Shown here: positions 63,713-64,000 of the stretch, in pieces
Layout: each line of letters begins with the position of its first letter
Numbering within the stretch: the first letter of the stretch is position 1
IMG/VR virus record: IMGVR_UViG_3300042922_001018
Source of the DNA: a virus
Lineage: Duplodnaviria; Heunggongvirae; Uroviricota; Caudoviricetes
Strand: one strand, 5' to 3'
DNA: 64,000 nucleotides
Program-made: the position numbers and the translations under genes
Notes under the pieces: generated by a model
What the model was told of the DNA's origin: nothing
The model's database searches: none
What the model saw: the letters and a program-made list of their open reading frames with translations, nothing else

Positions 63713-63870
63713 ATAGCAGCGAGCGCCCGAAGACACCCACCGCCACGACGAGCCACCTGTTCTAGCCAGTCCTCTACTGACCCCGGAGTGGTAGCTCCGT
63801 AACCCGCTCGTCATCGGGGTCACAGCTCCTTTCTAGATGCCTCGGGCGAGACTATGCTGTGACTGCTCGG

Positions 63871-63943
63871 TACCCCGCATCGGACTTGAACCGATAACCT
63901 TCCGACCCTAAATCGGACGCCTCTTCCATTGGGCTAGCAGGGC
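63871..63943 (-). tRNA. tRNA-Leu(TAG), short variable arm
   Basis: TCCGA-TTTAGGG-TCGGA; Leu-type D arm. Confidence 0.88.
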
Positions 63944-64000
63944 GAATGGAGCCGCGAGCAAATACCACCGACTGCTCCTTCTCCTCTTCCAGCCCGGATT

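Noticed and set aside
56191-63802. Numerous 60-200 aa ORFs overlapping tRNAs and tmRNA in the ORF track
   Set aside because: They run through clear RNA genes, lack RBS or leaderless signals, and have non-coding composition

Overview
High-GC actinobacterial (Microbacteriaceae-like) DNA that reads as part of a very large mobile element, either a jumbo phage or a phage-like megaplasmid. No capsid, terminase or replication gene is in the window, so the element type cannot be fixed. Three zones. (1) 1-26.7 kb: a type IV pilus locus with pilB, pilT, pilC, prepilin peptidase, three large pilin-anchored proteins and seven tandem pilins. The pilins have a near-identical, non-canonical (no Glu5) N-terminus and variable heads. 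Lipoproteins, an LPxTG protein and a zinc-ribbon nuclease lie inside the locus. (2) 26.8-49.9 kb: phage-type accessory genes (rIIA/rIIB, HNH, GGQ release-factor domain, SLOG, tandem DUF5664, UvrD-like helicase, degenerate C5 methyltransferase, macro domain, phosphatases, NTP transferase, lipoprotein paralogs), many apparently leaderless. (3) 49.9-64 kb: a minus-strand RNA array with 33 near-canonical tRNAs, tmRNA, an RNase P RNA whose specificity domain appears replaced by a long hairpin, and over a dozen atypical tRNA-like RNAs (circularly permuted, cargo-carrying, armless) plus structured spacer RNAs. All calls are by eye; no searches or folding programs were run.
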